The notes beneath the pieces are model-generated. The model was not told the DNA's origin, searched no databases, and saw nothing but the letters and a program-made list of their open reading frames with translations. 64,000 nucleotides of DNA, from positions 70-64,069 of the forward strand of contig CAZWTH010000231.1 in the NCBI GenBank assembly GCA_964636715.1, given 5' to 3'. The translations under genes and the position numbers were made by a program. Shown here piece after piece: positions 18,064 through 30,000 of the stretch. The DNA is from an uncultured Solibacteraceae bacterium. Lineage in GTDB: Bacteria; Acidobacteriota; Terriglobia; Bryobacterales; Bryobacteraceae. Every line of letters starts with the position of its first letter. Positions within the stretch are counted from its first letter, which is position 1.

Positions 18064-19432
18064 ACCGCGCCTTGCCGTCATACCCTTTGAATCCGGTTGG
18101 AACATAATCGGAATTCAGCCGCGCTGGATCGAGCCATTCTTCGAGCGTCATCGCCGCGCCGGTGTGGCCGAGAGGACCGCGATACCAGACGCCCTTGAGC
18201 GAAGGCACTTTGTAGAAGCCCGTCCCCTTGTGGCTATCGAGCGCGTAACGCGGGTCCACGCCAATGTGGCGGCCCATCACCTCATCCGACGCCGGAGGAT
18301 CGAAGCCATCCGCCGGTACCAGTTTGTTGTTCGTATAGAGCGGCGGCGTATGGCAGTTCACGCACGTTTCGCGCTCAAACAGCTTCTGGCCGCGCCGCGC
18401 GGACGCATCGAATGGATTCGGATTGGCCGGCGGTTTCAGCGAATAAAGATAACTCGCCAGCGCAAAGAGCTCCGCATCGCTGTATCGCGCGCCAGGCATC
18501 TGCGTGGGAGCAGCCGCGGACGCGCCATAGCGATCCGCGTTGAACATATCCTGGGCCAGCGTGCTGTATCGCATCAGATCGCCAATGCTGCGCTGGCGAA
18601 TCAGCCCCGTATGATCCAGAAACTTTCGCTCGCTCACGCCAATCAGATCCGGAATCTGCGGCGGCAGCAGCATGCTGGTGTTCGCGCGCGCGGTTACGCC
18701 AGGCGGAATGGCCTCGCCCGCCGCGATGAATTCATCGAGACTCATTTTCTCGGTCGCGCGATTGAGATCATTCTCCACCCACGGCGATTCGAACTGCAGC
18801 GCGAATTTACGAACCGTCGCCAGAATGCGGTCCGGTCCCATCGCCTGCGCGGACGCGCGCAGCAGCATGGCGCCTTCACGATCCGCGGGGTTGTTGCCCT
18901 GGGCGCCCGCAATCACCGCTCCGTCGGACATGACGCGCGTGTGGCACGTCACGCAGCCCATCGATCCGAGTTCCACCGTGCCCTTCTTGCGAATCACCCA
19001 GCTGGCGAATGGAATCGTGCCGTCCTTCGCCACCGGAACGCCGGCCTTGCGGATGTACTCCGGATCCTGAAGGTTCTGCGCCGTGAAGAAAACCGGATTG
19101 AACGAAGTCGGCGCGTTGAAAACGATTTCACCGGCGGCTATCCAGTCCGCCTGCCTGGCGATCTTCGAAGCATCAAAAGCCACTACTGGGTCGAGCGTCC
19201 GCAGATGCTCCATGTAGCCCGCGGGCTCGCGTCCCGGCGCATACACCGGATACGACTTATAAATAACGCGCTCGGGAATCCTGTAATACGCTTCCTCGCT
19301 GATATGGATCGCCGAAAACTCCGGCCGCGCGAGCGGCACTTCCAGAGATTCCACGGCGGACTTCTCCCACGTCCGCGGGATATCGGCCGCGAACAGCGGC
19401 AGCGCAAGCAACAACAACAGCAGAGCCTTCAT
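17984..19432 (-). CDS. Di-haem c-type cytochrome family protein, secreted
   Basis: Signal peptide MKALLLLLLALPLFA. Two CxxCH sites (CVTCH, CVNCH). Confidence 0.6.
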   Translation of the reverse strand: MKALLLLLLALPLFAADIPRTWEKSAVESLEVPLARPEFSAIHISEEAYYRIPERVIYKSYPVYAPGREPAGYMEHLRTLDPVVAFDASKIARQADWIAAGEIVFNAPTSFNPVFFTAQNLQDPEYIRKAGVPVAKDGTIPFASWVIRKKGTVELGSMGCVTCHTRVMSDGAVIAGAQGNNPADREGAMLLRASAQAMGPDRILATVRKFALQFESPWVENDLNRATEKMSLDEFIAAGEAIPPGVTARANTSMLLPPQIPDLIGVSERKFLDHTGLIRQRSIGDLMRYSTLAQDMFNADRYGASAAAPTQMPGARYSDAELFALASYLYSLKPPANPNPFDASARRGQKLFERETCVNCHTPPLYTNNKLVPADGFDPPASDEVMGRHIGVDPRYALDSHKGTGFYKVPSLKGVWYRGPLGHTGAAMTLEEWLDPARLNSDYVPTGFKGYDGKARSIPGHPFGLKLTATEKKDLIAFLRTL

Positions 19433-19536
19433 AACGAATGAAATCGCCGCTCACCAGTATCTCAGGGCGGCCCTGGGAACCGGAAAATGACCATGTCCGA
19501 AAACCGCCAGTATAGAATCGGCGACGCTGCGAAAAT

Positions 19537-21030
19537 GTGGTCATGGAGTTGCCGGACAAGGAGACCTGCTACCGGGCGCTGGAGAGCCGGGACCCGCGAT
19601 TTGACGGCCTTCTGTTCACTGGCGTCAAAACCACCGGCATCTATTGCCGGCCCGTTTGCCCGGCGCGAACGCCCAAATACGTGAATTGCGAATTTTTCGG
19701 CTCGGCAGCGGCCGCGCAGGAAGCGGGATACCGTCCCTGCCTGCGCTGCCGCCCGGAAACCGCGCCGGACCTCGCGTCCTGGCGAGGAACGTCAAACACC
19801 GTTTCCCGCGCGCTCGCTTTGATCACGGATGGAGCTCTCGATGGCTCCGAAGCCGGCGTGGAAACTCTGGCGGAACGGCTCGGAATCGGCGAGCGGCATT
19901 TGCGCCGCCTCTTTGTCCAGCATCTGGGAGCGTCGCCGATTGCGGTAGCGCAGACGCGCCGCGTCCTGTTCGCAAAGCAACTCATCCAGGAAACCACGAT
20001 GCCGATGACGGAAGTCGCTCTCGCCGCGGGCTTCGGCAGCATCCGGCGTTTCAACGAAACGTTTCTCGGATTGTTCGGCAGGCCACCGAGCGCGCTGCGA
20101 AGAAAGAATTCATCGGCCGAAGCAGGCGTAACGCTGCGCCTGCGCTATCGGCCGCCCTACGACTGGGATTCCATGCTGAGCTTTCTCGCGGCCCGCGCCA
20201 TCCCCGGCGTCGAAGTGGTGGAGAACGGCCGCTACCTGCGCACCGTCGGCATCGATGGTTTTACCGGAAGCGTTCAGGTCTCGCATCTGCCGGCGCGCCA
20301 GAGTCTGTGCGTGACCATCCGTTTTCCCCGAGTGCAGGCGCTGCCCGCCATTGTGGGGCGCGTCCGCAGGCTGTTCGATCTCGGCGCCGATATCGAAACG
20401 ATTGATTCGCATCTCTCGCTCGATCCACGGCTCGCGCCGCTCATCGCGCGGCGTCCCGGCCTGCGAGCGCCGGGCGGTTGGGATGGATTTGAGCTCGCCA
20501 TCCGCGCCGTGCTCGGTCAGCAGGTCAGCGTGGCTGCCGCAAGGAATCTCGCGCGGCAACTCGTGGAAGTTCATGGCGAACGCGTACAGAAGCAATTCGC
20601 CATCGATCCGCGGCTGACGCACGTCTTTCCGGATGCCCACCGCCTGGCGAACGCGAAGTCGATTGAAGTCGGAATGCCGGAGGCTCGCCGCGCGGCGCTG
20701 AAGGGCGTTGCGGAAGCCGCTGTCGCGGATCCCTGTCTGTTCCGGCCTCTGGGCACGATGGAAGAGGCAATCGCGAGGCTGCGAAAGATCAAAGGCGTCG
20801 GCGAATGGACCGCCCAATACATCGCGCTTCGCGCCATGCGTGAAACCGACGCCTTCCCGGCCGCCGACGTCGGTTTGCTGCGCGGCGCCGAGGTGGTGGA
20901 TGGAGTGAGGCCGACCGTGCCTGCTTTGCTGATGCGGTCGGAAACATGGCGGCCCTGGCGCGCCTATGCGGCGCAGCATTTGTGGGCCGCGGATTCCGGA
21001 ATTTCTGAAATGAGGAGCAACTATGTCTGA
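19537..21030 (+). CDS. Ada-like methylphosphotriester sensor / AraC HTH fused to AlkA DNA-3-methyladenine glycosylase II
   Basis: N-terminal Ada Zn domain (GIYCRPVCPAR ... CLRCRP), AraC-type HTH (RHLRRLFVQHLGASP, IRRFNETF), AlkA_N and HhH-GPD region (IKGVGEWTAQYIALRA ... D). Confidence 0.85.
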   Translation: MVMELPDKETCYRALESRDPRFDGLLFTGVKTTGIYCRPVCPARTPKYVNCEFFGSAAAAQEAGYRPCLRCRPETAPDLASWRGTSNTVSRALALITDGALDGSEAGVETLAERLGIGERHLRRLFVQHLGASPIAVAQTRRVLFAKQLIQETTMPMTEVALAAGFGSIRRFNETFLGLFGRPPSALRRKNSSAEAGVTLRLRYRPPYDWDSMLSFLAARAIPGVEVVENGRYLRTVGIDGFTGSVQVSHLPARQSLCVTIRFPRVQALPAIVGRVRRLFDLGADIETIDSHLSLDPRLAPLIARRPGLRAPGGWDGFELAIRAVLGQQVSVAAARNLARQLVEVHGERVQKQFAIDPRLTHVFPDAHRLANAKSIEVGMPEARRAALKGVAEAAVADPCLFRPLGTMEEAIARLRKIKGVGEWTAQYIALRAMRETDAFPAADVGLLRGAEVVDGVRPTVPALLMRSETWRPWRAYAAQHLWAADSGISEMRSNYV

Positions 21031-21568
21031 AGTGTTGAAGCTGTTTCTGGATCGGATCGAGACGCCAATCGGCGAGATGCTGCTGACAACGGACGCGGCC
21101 GGCAAGGTCCGCTCACTCGATTGGAATGACTACGAGCCGAGAATGTCGACGCTGCTCGATCGTTATTACGGCAAGGGCCGCTACACGCTCGAACCGGCGC
21201 AGAACACGCAGGCGCTGCGAGACATCATGCGCCGCTACTTCGCGGGCGATGTGAACGCGATTGACGAAATCCCGACGGAAGCAACCGGTACCGAATTCCA
21301 GAAAAGCGTCTGGAACGAGCTGCGCCACATCCCGGTGGGGACTTCCATCTCCTACGGAACGCTGGCAAAACGCATCGAACGCCCAAAGGCGGTACGGGCC
21401 GTGGGGCTTGCGAACGGATCGAACCCCATCGGACTCATCGTGCCGTGCCACCGCGTGATCGGCGCCAATGGATCGCTCACCGGCTACGGCGGCGGGCTCC
21501 CCCGAAAGAAGTGGCTCCTCGAGCACGAGCGCATGCACGCAAAAGGTGCTAGCCTGTTCGCTGCATGA
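21023..21568 (+). CDS. ogt: Methylated-DNA--protein-cysteine methyltransferase
   Basis: Active site PCHRVIGANGSLTGY. 8-nt overlap with the upstream gene. Confidence 0.9.
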   Translation: MSEVLKLFLDRIETPIGEMLLTTDAAGKVRSLDWNDYEPRMSTLLDRYYGKGRYTLEPAQNTQALRDIMRRYFAGDVNAIDEIPTEATGTEFQKSVWNELRHIPVGTSISYGTLAKRIERPKAVRAVGLANGSNPIGLIVPCHRVIGANGSLTGYGGGLPRKKWLLEHERMHAKGASLFAA

Positions 21569-22122
21569 AGCCATTGAACAGATGCAGTTGGGCTGAGAGT
21601 AGCGCGGGGATGCGCGACTATCACGATACCGAGTGGGGCGTCCCGGAATTCGATAGCCGCGCGCTTTGGGAGAAACTCGTTCTGGATGGATTCCAGGCGG
21701 GGCTCTCCTGGAGCACCATCCTGAAAAAACGTGAAGCTTTCCGCAAGGCGTTCAAGGGTTTTTATCCCGTAGCGGTCGCGCGATTCACCGCGCGCGATGT
21801 CGATCGGCTGCTGCAGGACGCCGCGATTGTCCGCTCACGGGCAAAAATCGAAGCAGCCATCGGAAGCGCGCAGGCCTACCTGAAAATAGACGATTTTTCG
21901 AAGTGGGTCTGGGATTTCGTGGACGGCAAGCCCATCCAGACCGCCGGTCCGCGGCCCGTGAAGACGGAGCTTTCCGAACGAATCTCAAAGGAGCTGAAGC
22001 AGCGTGGCTTCAAATTCGTCGGACCGACCATCGTCTACGCCTGGATGCAGGCGGTGGGGCTTGTAAACGACCACGCCGACGACTGTTTCCGCCGCCGCGC
22101 AGTGAAGAAATTAAGCTTATAG
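21565..22122 (+). CDS. tag: DNA-3-methyladenine glycosylase I
   Basis: YHDTEWGVP and LVLDGFQAGLSWSTILKKR motifs. ATGA overlap with ogt. Confidence 0.9.
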   Translation: MKPLNRCSWAESSAGMRDYHDTEWGVPEFDSRALWEKLVLDGFQAGLSWSTILKKREAFRKAFKGFYPVAVARFTARDVDRLLQDAAIVRSRAKIEAAIGSAQAYLKIDDFSKWVWDFVDGKPIQTAGPRPVKTELSERISKELKQRGFKFVGPTIVYAWMQAVGLVNDHADDCFRRRAVKKLSL

Positions 22123-22124
22123 CT

Positions 22125-23024
22125 ATGCCGGAGTTACCGGACATAGCCGCTTATCTCAGCGCGCTCGAGCCGCGGGTGCTCGGCGAGCCGCTCACGAAAA
22201 TACGGATCAACAGCCCCTTCCTTCTGCGCAGCGTGACGCCCCCGCCTTCTGCATTCGAAGGCAAGACTGTGCGCTCACTCCGGCGCGTCGGGAAACGAAT
22301 CGCCTTCGGCCTGGAAGACGATCTCTGGCTCGTTCTGCATCTGATGATCGCCGGACGTCTGCACTGGAAGCCCGCCGGCGCGAAGATCGGCGGCAAGTAT
22401 CAGCTCGCCGCCTTCGATTTTCCGAACGGCGTGCTCGTCCTGACCGAAGCCGGGTCGAAGCGGCGCGCTTCACTCACGCTCTTCGGAAGCGAAGCCGAAA
22501 TGATGGCGAGCGATCCCGGCGGCGCGGACGTTTTCTCCATCGACCTCGATACCTTCCGCACCGTCCTCACACACGAAAACCACACGCTCAAACGAGCCCT
22601 CACCGATCCGCGAATTCTCAGCGGCATCGGCAACGCCTATTCCGACGAGATCCTCCATGCCGCGAAGCTCTCCCCCATTCTCCTGACTCAGAAGCTCAGC
22701 CCCGAAGAATGGCAGCGCCTGTTCGATTCCACTCACGCCGTCCTGAAACTATGGATCGATCGCCTCGGCAGCGAAGCCGCCGGCGGGTTCCCGGAAAAAG
22801 TCACGGCTTTCCGCGACGACATGGCCGTCCACGGCCGCTTCGGTAAACCCTGCCCGGTTTGCGGACAGCCAGTCCAGCGAATCCGTTACGCCGATAATGA
22901 AACGAACTACTGCGCGCACTGCCAGACCGGCGGACGCCTGCTCGCCGACCGCGGCTTATCACGCCTGCTGGGCAAGGATTGGCCCCGCACGCTCGAAGAT
23001 ATGGAAGAGCTAAAAAAGCACTGA
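22125..23024 (+). CDS. Fpg/Nei-family DNA glycosylase/AP lyase
   Basis: ATG at 22125, 2 nt after the tag stop, gives the canonical MPELPD N-terminus. H2TH region and C-terminal zinc finger CPVCGQPVQRIRYADNETNYCAHCQ. The ORF-track start at 21903 overlaps tag and is rejected. Confidence 0.8.
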   Translation: MPELPDIAAYLSALEPRVLGEPLTKIRINSPFLLRSVTPPPSAFEGKTVRSLRRVGKRIAFGLEDDLWLVLHLMIAGRLHWKPAGAKIGGKYQLAAFDFPNGVLVLTEAGSKRRASLTLFGSEAEMMASDPGGADVFSIDLDTFRTVLTHENHTLKRALTDPRILSGIGNAYSDEILHAAKLSPILLTQKLSPEEWQRLFDSTHAVLKLWIDRLGSEAAGGFPEKVTAFRDDMAVHGRFGKPCPVCGQPVQRIRYADNETNYCAHCQTGGRLLADRGLSRLLGKDWPRTLEDMEELKKH

Positions 23025-23035
23025 TTTTCCGCTGA

Positions 23036-24397
23036 CTAAGCCACTTCAAGTCCGCGCATCGTGCCGGTCGAAGTCGCGAACTTATCTTCCTCGATACCGA
23101 GGCGCTGCAGAATCGAAACAAAAAGATTCGGCAGCGGATAATTGCGATCCCGATCGAACGAAAGATGCTGCCCGTGCCGGAAGCCGCCACCGGCGAAAAT
23201 CGTCGGCAGATTAGTCGTCACGTGCGTATCGGCATTGCCGAGATTCGTCCCGTAGAGAACCATCGTTCGATCGAGCAGCGTCTCGCCGCCTTCGCCGCAG
23301 CCCTTCAGATCGCCGTAAAGCTTCGCGAGCAGCTTCATGTGCTCGCGATCGATCATTTCGAGCTGCGCGAGCTTCTTCGGATTCTTGCCGTGATGCGAAA
23401 GATTGTGATAGCCGTCGTCAGTCGGCTCACCATTTACTGTAATCGCCGGCGAATTCACGCCGTCCAGCAGCAACGCAACAAACCGCGTGGAATCGGTTTC
23501 AAACGCCAGGCGCGCCATGTCGTACATGAGCCGCACCTTCTCCATATACGCCTTCGGATCCGCGGGATCGAGCGGCGGTTTTTCCTTCACCACCGGCTTG
23601 GGCTTCGTTTCCCACTCCGCCGCGCTGACCATCCGCTGTTCCAGATCGCGCACGCCGGTCATGTACTGATCGAGCCGGGCGCGATCGGCCGCGCCGACAT
23701 TGCGCTCCAGAGTCTTCGTCTGGTCGGCAATCGTATCCATGATGCTCTGGCCGAGCGCCAGCCGCCGGGTCTGCGCCTGCACTTCATCGGGCGTCCCGGT
23801 AATGAACATCTTCGCGAAAACGGCCGAAGCCTTGTCTTCCGCGGGAATCAAAACGCCGCCGCGAGTCCACGAAAGGCTGCGTTGGCCCTGCGAAACATTC
23901 ACCCCCAGCGTCAGCGAGGGGAACCGCGTCTGATTGCCCAGCCGCTCCGCTGCATGCTGGTCGAGCGAGATGGTATTCCGAAAACCACCGTTGCCGGGAT
24001 GCGGCGCCGCAGTCAGAAAAACATTATCGGCAGGGTGGCCGGCATCCACATCCGGATGCATAACGCCCGAAAACACCGTGAAATCATTCCGGAAATCCGC
24101 CAGATGCTCCAGATAAGTGGAAGGAGTGTAGTCAAAACCAGTGGAACCGGCCGCCGGGAAAAACTTATCGGGAAGAAGTCCCAGGTTGTTGCAGATGCCG
24201 AAGAATCGTCGCGGCGGTGTGGATTCCGCGGCGCGCGCAAAGGCCGGAGTCATCACCTCCAGCAGAGGAAGCGCCAGCGCAACGCCAGTTCCCCGCAGAA
24301 TCGTGCGCCGGGAAAGCGTGTTCTTCGTGGAAATTTGAGGCATCCTGCGGCTCCTTCCAAAAAATGCTGGCTTGATTATATCTCTTTTCTCCGCCAA
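23036..24397 (-). CDS. DUF1552 domain protein (Tat signal)
   Basis: [22 protein letters not shown]-terminus and overall similarity to the second DUF1552 protein at 44113-45441. Abuts the stop of the DUF1592 gene. An alternative start lies at 24343. Confidence 0.8.
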   Translation of the reverse strand: MAEKRDIIKPAFFGRSRRMPQISTKNTLSRRTILRGTGVALALPLLEVMTPAFARAAESTPPRRFFGICNNLGLLPDKFFPAAGSTGFDYTPSTYLEHLADFRNDFTVFSGVMHPDVDAGHPADNVFLTAAPHPGNGGFRNTISLDQHAAERLGNQTRFPSLTLGVNVSQGQRSLSWTRGGVLIPAEDKASAVFAKMFITGTPDEVQAQTRRLALGQSIMDTIADQTKTLERNVGAADRARLDQYMTGVRDLEQRMVSAAEWETKPKPVVKEKPPLDPADPKAYMEKVRLMYDMARLAFETDSTRFVALLLDGVNSPAITVNGEPTDDGYHNLSHHGKNPKKLAQLEMIDREHMKLLAKLYGDLKGCGEGGETLLDRTMVLYGTNLGNADTHVTTNLPTIFAGGGFRHGQHLSFDRDRNYPLPNLFVSILQRLGIEEDKFATSTGTMRGLEVA

Positions 24398-26956
24398 TCA
24401 TTTACAGCGGAAAAGCGGGCTCTGGACGATCGCGTCCACGATCGAACGAACCCCGTACCCAGTCGGCTTCGCCTCGTCCAGAATTGCTTCCAGTTTCGGA
24501 CGATCGCTGAACCGCACCGGCGCCCCCGTCGCAAAAACAATCAGTTGCGACGCGAGATTGCGGGCAAGCTGGCGCTCGTCGGCAAGCAGCAGAGTCTTGA
24601 GTTCACGCACGTCCACAAACTGCCGCCCATCCGGCAGGATGCCGGAAGCGTCCACCGGCAGACCGTAATGGAACGCAAACGGCTGCCCATTCTTCCCGAT
24701 ACCCGTAGCCTTCGTTCCATCGCCGAGCGCGCGGTACTGCTCACGCTGCGCGCCCACAACGTCGAACGCCTCCAGCGCAAATCCGGGCGGATCGATCAGC
24801 GCATGGCACGAATTGCAGACCGGCTGGCTCCGGTGCTTCGCCAGCAACTCGCGAATAGTCGCTGCCCCGCGCGTGTCGCTGGGCAGCGCCGGCACGCCGG
24901 TCGGACGCGGCGGAATCGGCTTCCCAAGAATCCGTTCATTGATCCACACGCCGCGCAGCACCGGCGATGTACTCGTGCCGTTAGCCGTCACCTTGAGCAC
25001 GCTCGCCTGCGTCAGGAACCCGCCGCGAATCGAACCCGCCGGCAGTTCCACCCGCCGGATCGCCGAACCCTGCACCCCATCGATCCCATAGACATTCGCC
25101 AGGTGCTCATTGATCATCACGAACGAAGAAGAAACAATGTTGCTTGCCGGCAAATTGCCCTTCAGCAACTCCGTGAAAAACGCGCGCGACTCCGCGCCGG
25201 CTGATTCGGTCAGATAATCGTCCAGATAATAATCCGGATACAGATTTTCATCGGGCGACGTGTTATCGAGCTTGCGAAGGTCGAGCCAGTAATCGAGAAA
25301 CGCCTTTACGAACCGCTGCGACTTCGGATCGTCGAGCAGACGTTTTGTCTGCGCCTTCAGCACAGCGGAATCCTGCAGTTTGCCCTCAACCGCAAGCTGA
25401 CGAAGCTGAGAATCCGGCTCTGAATTCCAAAGGAAATAAGAAAGCCGCGACGCCATCGCATAGCTGTCGAGCGTACCTGGCTTCTCCTCCAGCGTGACGA
25501 ACGCCGGCGAGCAAAGGACCGCCTCATACGCCGAAATCATGCCATCGGTAAACGAAAACCCGGCTGACATCGATTTCGCGGCGAGCGCGGCGAACCGTTC
25601 CACATCGCCATCCGGAACCGGCCTGCGATACGCGCGCGCCAGAAACGCCTTCAGCAGACGCCGGCTATCAGCCGCCGGGTCCTTCGATTCATATTGCGGA
25701 TTCCCTTTCGCATCGAGCGTATAAGGAAGATCGCCGAAGAGCAGGTTCGCTCCCTGCATCGGCCATTGATCCACAATCGGCCCTTCCACTTCGAGCCAAT
25801 TGAAGACAACACCAGGCTGGCCGTCTCTCGTAGCCAGCGGATTCTTCCAGTTCGGCGGCCGCGAACGGAAAAATCGAACTGCGTCTGGCCGAACCGAATC
25901 CCCTTTTAAGAGATAGACCTCAACCTCATTAATTGTCGGCTCCGGACGGACGTCAAACGTGCCAAGAAACCGCATCTCGCGCGGCGGCACTTCCGAATAG
26001 AGAGTCACCGGCTCAATCGTCCGTCCATGAGTGATGTCTTCCGGGTTCGGACGCCACCAACGCGGCATCTTATCCGGTCCCACCCACATCGTATGGGCTT
26101 TCAGCCGCAGCTTGTACCGGCCCGAAACCGGCGCGGTGAACTGCTGGAAGCGCATTTCGAGCGGCTCATACGTGCTGGCCACCACCCCAAGGCCTTCCTG
26201 TTCGCGAACCTCCGGATTCTCCGGACCCACGGTGCGCCTGCCGTCCTTCTTCAGCATCGCAAGATCCGCGGAATCCCCCACCACGGGAAACATATTGCGC
26301 TCCGGCGTGCCTGGAAACGCAACTTTGCCGTACATCGATCTCTGATCGCGCGCGTAGTAGCGCTTCGTCGTCGCCGGCGGACGTTCCGTATAGTGCGGGA
26401 GCGCCTGCCGCAGCGCGTACTCCGCCGCCATGAGGTACTGGCTCATCTGCACATGCGAAACATCCAGCGCCTCGCCCGACTTATTGAAGTGATACGCCTC
26501 GCCGTCTTCCGGAAGAAGCTCTTTCACCTGCAGCCAGGGCGCGCCCAGCAAATCCCGCAGCGTGTCTTCATACTCATAACGATTCATGCGCCGCCACAGC
26601 GTGCGGCCCTGCGCGGCGTACCGCGCCGCGTCGGCGGTCCTCAGCGGAGTTTCGAGCGCGTTCACAAACGCCGCGCGCGAAGCCGGAGTGAGCGATGGCA
26701 CCTGGATGGGCGGCATTTCCTGATCCCGCACGCGATCGTGAATGCGCGCCCAACGCGCGAAGTTCGCTGGATCGGAAGGGTGAAACGGCAGGGTCGTCAG
26801 GTCCAGATTCGACTGTTTGAGCGTCGAGTTATGGCACGGAGCGCAGTTTTTGGCGATGAACGTGCGCACCGCAACTGGTTGCTGCTGGCCCAGAAGAGCA
26901 GGCACAGCGGCAGTAACGAGGAGAATCAGGCGTTTCACGCAATTGAACGTTATCAT
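24398..26956 (-). CDS. PSCyt / DUF1587-DUF1592-DUF1595-DUF1588-DUF1585 multidomain protein
   Basis: Signal peptide from ATG 26956 ([23 protein letters not shown]). N-terminal CAPCHN haem-like motif and C-terminal [19 protein letters not shown]. Paralog at 42153-44132. The ORF track extends to 27007. Confidence 0.8.
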   Translation of the reverse strand: MITFNCVKRLILLVTAAVPALLGQQQPVAVRTFIAKNCAPCHNSTLKQSNLDLTTLPFHPSDPANFARWARIHDRVRDQEMPPIQVPSLTPASRAAFVNALETPLRTADAARYAAQGRTLWRRMNRYEYEDTLRDLLGAPWLQVKELLPEDGEAYHFNKSGEALDVSHVQMSQYLMAAEYALRQALPHYTERPPATTKRYYARDQRSMYGKVAFPGTPERNMFPVVGDSADLAMLKKDGRRTVGPENPEVREQEGLGVVASTYEPLEMRFQQFTAPVSGRYKLRLKAHTMWVGPDKMPRWWRPNPEDITHGRTIEPVTLYSEVPPREMRFLGTFDVRPEPTINEVEVYLLKGDSVRPDAVRFFRSRPPNWKNPLATRDGQPGVVFNWLEVEGPIVDQWPMQGANLLFGDLPYTLDAKGNPQYESKDPAADSRRLLKAFLARAYRRPVPDGDVERFAALAAKSMSAGFSFTDGMISAYEAVLCSPAFVTLEEKPGTLDSYAMASRLSYFLWNSEPDSQLRQLAVEGKLQDSAVLKAQTKRLLDDPKSQRFVKAFLDYWLDLRKLDNTSPDENLYPDYYLDDYLTESAGAESRAFFTELLKGNLPASNIVSSSFVMINEHLANVYGIDGVQGSAIRRVELPAGSIRGGFLTQASVLKVTANGTSTSPVLRGVWINERILGKPIPPRPTGVPALPSDTRGAATIRELLAKHRSQPVCNSCHALIDPPGFALEAFDVVGAQREQYRALGDGTKATGIGKNGQPFAFHYGLPVDASGILPDGRQFVDVRELKTLLLADERQLARNLASQLIVFATGAPVRFSDRPKLEAILDEAKPTGYGVRSIVDAIVQSPLFRCK

Positions 26957-27000
26957 ATTTCGCGGGTAAAGGCTTCCTGTGCCGCTATAGTGACAGAAGC

Positions 27001-30000
27001 GTGGCATTTAACAGGTCGATTCGCTTCTCTGACTACAGCAGTTCCTCGCCGCAATCCCTGCCGCGTAAGGTCTCCGGATACTTCACGAATGGAGTACGAA
27101 GCCGAGGTCTCGATTATTTCGCACAGGGCCGCGTTGTCATTACGCGGGGAACGCCCGTGGCCGTGGAAGCGCGGGTTCGGGGGCACCGTCCTTACAACGT
27201 CGAGATTTCCTTCGAGAATCCCACGCTGTCGGTGGACTGCGAGTGTGAGTACTTCGATAGCTCCGGCGCCTGCAAACACATCTGGGCCACTCTACTGGCG
27301 GCGGACCAGCAAATGTTTCTCTCGGAAGCGGCTACAGCGGCGGATGAGATTGTGTTCGAGGACGGCGGGCCGATGGCAGCCACGGAGCTCCATCTCAAAC
27401 CCCCGCCTTCGAAACGGTTCGACTGGCGCAGGCATCTCGATGAAATCTCCCGCCCCAGCGTAACGAAGACTTCGTATCCGTACGAAGCTCCCTGGCCCGG
27501 GAAGAGGGAGATCCGCTACTGGGTAGATGTCGCGGCCAGCCGCGCGAACGGTGAAATCGTGGTCAACCTGCAGATGCAGGATCGAAAGCAGAATGGAACG
27601 TTTTCGCGCGCTGTCCCGCTGCGCATGAAGCGCACGCAGATCGCGCAGGCGAGCCGCGGCGAAGATCGCAACGCGCTGGCCGCGCTCGCCGGCGCGCGCC
27701 AGTATTACAGCTACAGCCTCTCTTATGAATACGACACTGTCCCGGAAAGCGTACGGATGGGGCCGGACCTGGCCCGCATCGCGCTGCCGTTAGTTGTCCG
27801 GACGGGGCAGTGTTTCCTGCAGACCGGGCCGGCCAGGGTTCCGGAAGAAGCCTCCCCGCTCCGCTGGGATGACGGCGGCGTCTGGCAATTTCGCGTTGAA
27901 CTGAAGCCGACCGCTCAGGGATGGGGCCTTTCCGGATTCCTGTCGCGAGGCGAGGAGCGTATGGATCTCTCCGCGCCCGCCCTGATCACGGAGGGTGGAT
28001 TCGTCTTCACCGGGGATTCCGTCGCTCCCCTCGATCCCACCGCGCCCTTTCAGTGGCTCGTCTGGCTGCGCAGTCATGGAATGCTGGAAGCGCCGGAGAG
28101 TGAGCGCGACCTGCTCCTTTCCTCTCTGCTGACGAGTCCTGGAGTCCCGTCCGTCGAGCTCCCGAAGGAACTGGCGTTTGAAGAAACGCACATTGCGCCT
28201 CATCCGCGTCTTCGGCTGCGCGCCCCCTCGGCGAAGACGGAAAGCGCGGCGCGGCTGACAGCCCGGCTTTCGTTCGATTATGAAGGGCATCAGGTCGATG
28301 AACGCTCGCAGCAGAGCGCCCTTTTCGACGCGAAAACGCGCAGGCTGGTGCGGCGCGACCCTTCGGCGGAGGCCGGGGCCGCGGCGCAACTGTTCGAAGC
28401 CGGCGCCCGCCGCCGCACCCGTGTTCTCTCTGACCCCGGCGATCTCTGGGAGGTGGCGCCCTCAAAGCTTCCCTCCGTGGTCCGCGCCCTGACTGCCGCT
28501 GGCTGGATGGTGGAGGCCGACGGCAAGATGTTCCGGGCCGCCGGCAACTATACCCTGAACGTAGCCAGCGGACTCGACTGGTTCGAGCTGGAGGGCAACG
28601 TCGATTATGGCGGACACTCGGCCGGTCTGCCGGCTCTGCTGAGGGCCGTGCGACGAGGCGAGAGTATGATCCAGCTGGATGACGGCAGCTACGGCCTCAT
28701 TCCGGAAGAATGGCTGGCGCGCGTTGCGATGGTTGCGGGGATGGGTCAGGTGGAAGACGAGAGCATTCGCTTCCGGCGCAGTCAGGCGGGGCTGTTGGAC
28801 GCATTGCTCGCGGCGCAGCCCGAGGCCACGTTCGACGCTCAGTTCGAAACTGTGCGCGCGGAGCTGCGCAGCTTCGAAGGCGTGAATGCCATGGAACAAC
28901 CCGCGGGCTTCCACGGCCAGTTGCGCGATTACCAGAAGGAAGGCCTCGGCTGGATGGAATTCCTTCGGCGATTTTCCTTCGGCGGCTGTCTCGCGGACGA
29001 TATGGGTACCGGCAAGACGGCGCAAGTGCTGGCGCTGCTGGAATCCCGCCGCGCCGAGCGAAAAAAATCCCGGCAGAAAGTACGTCCCTCGCTCGTGGTG
29101 GCGCCCCGTTCCCTGATCTTCAACTGGAGAGAAGAAGCCGCGCGTTTCACACCGCTCCTCAGCATTCTGGATTACACCGGCCCGCAACGGGATCTGAACG
29201 CCATCGGGCATTTCGATGTGGTTCTTACGACTTACGGAACGCTGCGCCGCGATATCGCGCAACTGCGCGAGATCGAATTCGATTACGCCGTGCTGGACGA
29301 AGCGCAGGCGGTGAAGAATAGCGGCTCAGAAGGCGCGAAAGCGGTTCGGCTCATCCATGCCTCGCATCGGCTGGCGCTGAGCGGAACGCCGGTGGAAAAT
29401 CATCTGGGCGAATTGTGGTCGTTGTTCGAATTTCTCAATCCGGGAATGCTGGGATCGGCAAGCGTGTTTCGTCTGGTGGGCGGAGCCGCGCGCAATCCCG
29501 ATGAAGAGTCCCGGCACGTGCTGGCGCAGGCGGTACGGCCTTTCATTCTGCGGCGCACGAAAGCCCAGGTGGCGCGCGAACTCCCGGAGCGGACCGAACA
29601 GACCATCTACTGTGAGCTCGGCCAGGAACAGCGGGCGCTCTACGATGAGTTGCGCGATCATTACCGCGGCGCGCTCCTCACCCGCATCGATAAGCAGGGT
29701 CTGGCGAAATCGAAGATCATGGTGCTTGAAGCGCTGCTACGGCTCAGACAGGCCGCATGCCACCCCGGCCTGATCGATGCGGATCGGAAAGAAGAACAGA
29801 GCGCGAAGCTCGAAGCGTTGATCGGCCAGCTTCAGGAAGTTCTGGAATCGGGGCACAAAGCGCTGGTCTTTTCGCAGTTCACCAGTCTGCTGGCGATCGT
29901 GCGCAAGCGTCTCGATGAGCTCGGCCTGGTCTACGAGTACCTCGACGGAAAAACGCGCGACCGTCAGGCGCGCGTGGAACGCTTCCAGAACGATCCGGCT

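Noticed and set aside
23165-25204. 679-aa ORF on the + strand across the DUF1552/DUF1592 genes.
   Set aside because: Low-complexity Arg/His-rich translation that spans a gene junction of two well-supported minus-strand genes. Shadow ORF.
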